Shown here: piece by piece, positions 60,180 to 64,000 of the stretch
Numbering within the stretch: position 1 is the first letter of the stretch
Layout: every line of letters begins with the position of its first letter
Assembly: GCA_041671325.1 (NCBI GenBank)
Contig: JBAZBR010000003.1
Coordinates: 4,506-68,505 of the forward strand
Reading direction: 5' to 3'
Length of the DNA: 64,000 nucleotides
Source of the DNA: Patescibacteria group bacterium
GTDB lineage: Bacteria > Patescibacteriota > Patescibacteriia > PEXW01
The notes under the pieces: generated by a model
What the model was told of the DNA's origin: nothing
What the model saw: only the letters and a program-made list of their open reading frames with translations
The model's database searches: none
Position numbers and translations under genes: made by a program

Positions 60180-60933
60180 AAGGCCGGAGCTTTGCCAAAA
60201 TTTTAGTTTGGCCAGCGTAAAGGTCGGAATTTTCATTAATCCAAGTTTTTCCAAATTGGTCTAAAACAGCCCCACCGGCTTCTTTTACAATAATTATGCC
60301 AGCGGCCACATCCCAGATATTCACTGGGTTGGCGATGATTACGGCGTCTAACCGGCCAGCTGCTAAATAAGCCATGTCCAATGCCGTGGAGCCAGAATGC
60401 CTAACTGCCCTAACTTGGGAGCTTAATTTTTCAGCCAGGACCAAAGAGGCGTGCAAAGATTTTGCTGAGTGGCTATAACCATAACCGATTATAGTTTGGT
60501 TTAAAGGTTTGGCTGAATTTAATTTTAAAGCCTTGCCGTTTTTTTCTGCTCCATGCCCGCGAGCTGCAATAAATTTTTCACCAGTAGCCGGGCAAGTAAT
60601 GATGCCAAACAGGATGTCGTTACCATCAGCTAAGGCAATGGAAACGCCAAAAAATGGGATGTGCAGGACAAAATTAGTGGTGCCGTCCAGAGGATCAATT
60701 ATCCAATGGAGTCTGGATGGTCGATTGTGGCCTTCTTCGGAAATCACGCCAATTCCAGGAAAATGTTTTTTTAGGATTTTTTGGATTAATAAATTACAGG
60801 CCCGATCAGTGGAAGTTACCAATTCATGGGCCGATTTGGCCTGGTAATCCTGCTTATGGAGCTTATGGAAGTTTTTTAATAACAGCTGGTTGGCCGCGTT
60901 AGCCGCCTGCAAAGCCGCTTTGATTGGTTGCAT
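60160..60933 (-). CDS. suhB: inositol monophosphatase family
   Basis: SEE, WIIDPLDGTTNF, WDVAAG. Confidence 0.9.
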   Translation of the reverse strand: MQPIKAALQAANAANQLLLKNFHKLHKQDYQAKSAHELVTSTDRACNLLIQKILKKHFPGIGVISEEGHNRPSRLHWIIDPLDGTTNFVLHIPFFGVSIALADGNDILFGIITCPATGEKFIAARGHGAEKNGKALKLNSAKPLNQTIIGYGYSHSAKSLHASLVLAEKLSSQVRAVRHSGSTALDMAYLAAGRLDAVIIANPVNIWDVAAGIIIVKEAGGAVLDQFGKTWINENSDLYAGQTKILAKLRPYAKYCK

Positions 60934-60936
60934 AGA

Positions 60937-61584
60937 TTATTTTCCTTTAAGCCAATAATAGCAGTTAGCCAGGTATTCCCTCAAGACGACTTTAGTTGAG
61001 AGCAATCTTCGAGAAAAAGTTTTTTGGTTGATTAGGCTTCGGTCAGCAGCGCGGCAAATGATATTTCCGCCTAGTTCCCTGAAGAATTTACATGCCCGGT
61101 AAGTGTGGAAATCAGAAGTTAATATGATAATTTTAGTCCAACCCTGGTCTTGAGCGATGGTTAAAGTTTGTTGGGCATTTTCCCAAGTATTTTCTGCTTG
61201 GGCTTCTTGGATAATTGCTTGGGCTGGTACGCCGTTTTGCTGAAGTAATTCAGCCATAGTAGGCGCCTCAGCAAAAGGATTTCTGCCGACCCTGCCCCCA
61301 GTAACCACGATTTTAGGCGCTAAGTGTTCATTGAAAATTTGGGCTCCACTCAAAACCCTTTCTCTGGTTTTAAAAGACATTTCGCCGGTTTTGGCATCTA
61401 CGCCACCGCCCAGGACTACAATGGCATCAGCTTTTTGCAAGGGATCCTGGACAAGCCAGACTTTAGAAAGTCCAGCATTAAAATCAGTAAAACCGGCTAA
61501 TAAGAAAAAAGCCACCAATACCCCAAGCAAAGTAGCAAAATAATATTTCAGTTGAATAGTTTTCTTGGGCTTAACTGGTTCCAT
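60937..61584 (-). CDS. YdcF/DUF218 family protein
   Basis: DAIVVLGGG, TGG, NTWENA, TSDFH..RA. Confidence 0.9.
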   Translation of the reverse strand: MEPVKPKKTIQLKYYFATLLGVLVAFFLLAGFTDFNAGLSKVWLVQDPLQKADAIVVLGGGVDAKTGEMSFKTRERVLSGAQIFNEHLAPKIVVTGGRVGRNPFAEAPTMAELLQQNGVPAQAIIQEAQAENTWENAQQTLTIAQDQGWTKIIILTSDFHTYRACKFFRELGGNIICRAADRSLINQKTFSRRLLSTKVVLREYLANCYYWLKGK

Positions 61585-61585
61585 T

Positions 61586-62443
61586 TTATTTATCCCGAAA
61601 TTTTTTTAACAGCCTGATGTCATCAAGGTGCTTGCGGTCATGCGGAGTTTCCACAATCAGGTCAATATTTTTTAATTTTGGATGTTTAACCAATTCCCTG
61701 AAGCTCGCCAGGCCAATTTCCCCATCGCCCAGGTGTGCATGCCGGTCTTTGTGTTCACCAAGTTTAGCCTGGCTGTCGTTGGCATGAATCAGTTTCAAAA
61801 AATTAAGCCCGATTTTCTTATCGAACTCTTTTAGTAAGTTATCCAGGCTTTTTTTATTCCGTAAATCATAACCCGTGGCAAAAGCATGGCAAGTGTCAAA
61901 GCAAATGCCCAGGCGGGAGCTTTGGGCTTTGAGCTTTGGGCTGGAAGTCAGCTCTTTTATAAGATAAGCTAGTTCTTCCAAGGTGTCGCCAATAGTTTTG
62001 CCTGCCCCAGCCGAGTTTTCGATTAAAAACAAGCTTGAACCTTTGTAGCCAGTCAATATTTTTTTTAAACCCTGGGCAACGGTTTTCAAGGCGATTTTTT
62101 CTGGTTGTTCTTTGGCTGAACCCAAATGCGTCATAATGGCTGTTACGCCCAGAAGCGTTGCCCTTTCCAATTCTTCCCTGACAATGGAAATTGAACCGTA
62201 TTTAATCCGGTTATTCTCTGAAGCGAAATTTATGAAATACGGAGTGTGGATGTAAGTTCTGGGGAATTTGAATTTTTTATTTGTGTTTTTAAACTCGTTG
62301 ACAATTGTTTTAGTCAATTTTGGAGCTGGACCGCCTTGGGGCGGACGTGAAAAAAATTGGTAGGTCTCGCAACCCAAGTCGTGCGCATTTTTAGGACAGT
62401 TTTGAACTCCGCCGGCGGCAGAGACATGGAGGCCGAATAGCAT
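61586..62443 (-). CDS. nfo: endonuclease IV
   Basis: GLHVS, HTPYFIN, IENSAG, DTCHAF, HANDS, DRH, ETP. Confidence 0.95.
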   Translation of the reverse strand: MLFGLHVSAAGGVQNCPKNAHDLGCETYQFFSRPPQGGPAPKLTKTIVNEFKNTNKKFKFPRTYIHTPYFINFASENNRIKYGSISIVREELERATLLGVTAIMTHLGSAKEQPEKIALKTVAQGLKKILTGYKGSSLFLIENSAGAGKTIGDTLEELAYLIKELTSSPKLKAQSSRLGICFDTCHAFATGYDLRNKKSLDNLLKEFDKKIGLNFLKLIHANDSQAKLGEHKDRHAHLGDGEIGLASFRELVKHPKLKNIDLIVETPHDRKHLDDIRLLKKFRDK

Positions 62444-62545
62444 ATTTAAATGGTAACACATTTAGATTGCTTGCCTAAAGACTAGAATTAAGAAGAGCCA
62501 CTCTTATGAGGAGTGGCTTTCAAGAAACTGATTGATAGCCCACGA

Positions 62546-62959
62546 TTATTGTTGATTAATCGCGGCTTGGAACATTTTTGTGGCAACGGCGTGGGCAAAG
62601 GTCACCGCCCTCTTATCGTCAAACTGGTCCCGCTCAAAATTAGAAAGTGAAATCGATTCAACGCCAGTAAATTGATTGGAGCGGGCAAAAACCGCAAGCC
62701 CATGCAAGCCTGTGCCTGCAAAACCTGGTGAATTTACCCATTCTGCCGAAAGGAATAGGGTGTCTACTCCTTCGCCGAATTTGACGTGGCGTTCGGTCCA
62801 GACCTGAATTACTTCCTGGCGTACAATGCCGCTGTTTTCACCAGTAACCACGACCTCGGCGAACTTCAGGTTTTTTGAATGGCCAAAGCAAGTAGGATAA
62901 ATTAAAACCACCGCAGCAATAAGAAGTATCCCCACACTTATGCCAAGGAAAATTCGCAT
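62546..62959 (-). CDS. hypothetical exported protein
   Basis: N-terminal hydrophobic segment, SD GGAGG. Confidence 0.6.
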   Translation of the reverse strand: MRIFLGISVGILLIAAVVLIYPTCFGHSKNLKFAEVVVTGENSGIVRQEVIQVWTERHVKFGEGVDTLFLSAEWVNSPGFAGTGLHGLAVFARSNQFTGVESISLSNFERDQFDDKRAVTFAHAVATKMFQAAINQQ

Positions 62960-63129
62960 AAAACCTCCAATACATTGTTTGTATACAGAACTAATTTAAT
63001 AAGCAAAAGTATCAAGGATTTGGTTTTTTGTCAAACCTTGTTTGTTATATGGTTATGCAATTTTTGAGGATTGACAAAATTAATAAATTAGCGTATCTTA
63101 TATTGTTAAAATCAAAAAGGAGGGAAATC

Positions 63130-63270
63130 GTGAAACAAAAAGAAAGAATCAAAAGAGTCAAGAGACGGATTCCTTTGCCGAGAAAAACCGGTGGCGCTCA
63201 TAAGAAGAAAAAGGGTCGCGCATCGTATAACCGGAAAAGGGACAAACAAATTGTTATTTTGGATGATTAA
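63130..63270 (+). CDS. small basic protein, ArfA-like
   Basis: SD AAGGAGG + GTG; HKKKKGRASYNRK. Confidence 0.55.
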   Translation: MKQKERIKRVKRRIPLPRKTGGAHKKKKGRASYNRKRDKQIVILDD

Positions 63271-63379
63271 AGCCCAGGATCAAACACCCGGGCTTTTATT
63301 ATTGGCAAAAATTTGTAAATCCGCTAAGTTCAAATCCAAAACAGAAAATAAACCGTTAATTTACAATAAGGAGAAGTTT

Positions 63380-64000
63380 GTGGTTAGACACACCGAAATT
63401 GAGAGGCGTTTTGTCCTGCTAAACCCAAACCTTGGGTATATCAAGCGCAATAGCATTGGCAGCCGAATTTGCCAAGGCTATTTTCCAACCCCGGCGCATA
63501 ACACTGTCAGGATCAGGCAAGTTGATTGGTTTAATTATTCCGTCGCTAGTAAAAAGGGCATAGGCCGATCCAGGCTTGAAACAGAATTTACGCTGACTGA
63601 TTTTTTTCAAGGTAAGACCCTGTTAGACGCCTATCAGTACCATCTGAAAAAAAGAAGGTACCGAGTCGGGATATTTGAGGTCGATATTTATAAAGGCTCC
63701 TTGGCTGGTCTAATTATCCTGGAAAGGGAAATGCATGCAGTAGATGAAGAGTTTGAATTACCAGAATGGGCCGGACCCGAAAGCGCAATTGAAATTACGG
63801 AAAAAATCAGCGGTTATGATTTGGCAAAGCTGGCCAGCCTACTCTCTGGGATCAAAGACCATCCGCCAGTGGCTGAATTAGTGACGGAACAACTGCCAAT
63901 TACTGTCATAACGGGCGGTCCAGGCTCAGGCAAAACCGGGATCTTGGATATCTTGCAGAAGGAAATGGCTGACATCTACCACTTTATTCCTGAGGCCGCG
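63380..64000 (+). CDS. CYTH-domain / P-loop NTPase fusion (runs off the window)
   Basis: EIERRF, QGY, VRIR, K.R, EVD, then TGGPGSGKT...PEAA; missing from the ORF track because it has no stop. Confidence 0.8.
   Translation, partial: MVRHTEIERRFVLLNPNLGYIKRNSIGSRICQGYFPTPAHNTVRIRQVDWFNYSVASKKGIGRSRLETEFTLTDFFQGKTLLDAYQYHLKKRRYRVGIFEVDIYKGSLAGLIILEREMHAVDEEFELPEWAGPESAIEITEKISGYDLAKLASLLSGIKDHPPVAELVTEQLPITVITGGPGSGKTGILDILQKEMADIYHFIPEAA

Overview
Chromosomal window from a Patescibacteria (CPR)-like bacterium. This is inferred from 16S primer-site signatures, a compact SMC, tandem type IV pilins and CPR-type short palindromic repeats. It uses the standard genetic code (TGA ends several genes). 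In order it carries: smc, rpsP-khpA-(accessory insert)-trmD, a solitary 16S rRNA gene with no linked 23S, tRNA-Ile/Val/Phe/Pro, a decayed IS1595-family element, envelope-stress and housekeeping genes and transketolase. Next is a ~17 kb co-oriented NrtR-controlled island (28.7-45.8 kb), then a nucleotide house-cleaning cluster, tRNA-Gly with a PIN-like gene, a type IV pilus operon and nfo/suhB. Two things stand out. (1) The island joins a TerY-P-type vWA/kinase/PP2C triad to NADAR, a novel-domain-nicotinamidase fusion, SLOG-like and NDT-like genes and a full NAD(P) salvage route (PncA, PncB, NadD-NadK fusion, NadE, Nudix). Its spacers repeat a hairpins + boxA-like + RBS layout. (2) A nested hierarchy of tiny palindromic insertion elements has hit the 16S 5' end, 16S helix 6, tRNA-Ile, REP-like repeats and a prepilin GFT motif. 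At several of these sites an intact copy or motif sits beside or inside the broken one, including a whole tRNA-Ile inside a broken tRNA-Ile. All calls are from reading sequence and motifs by eye; no searches were run.
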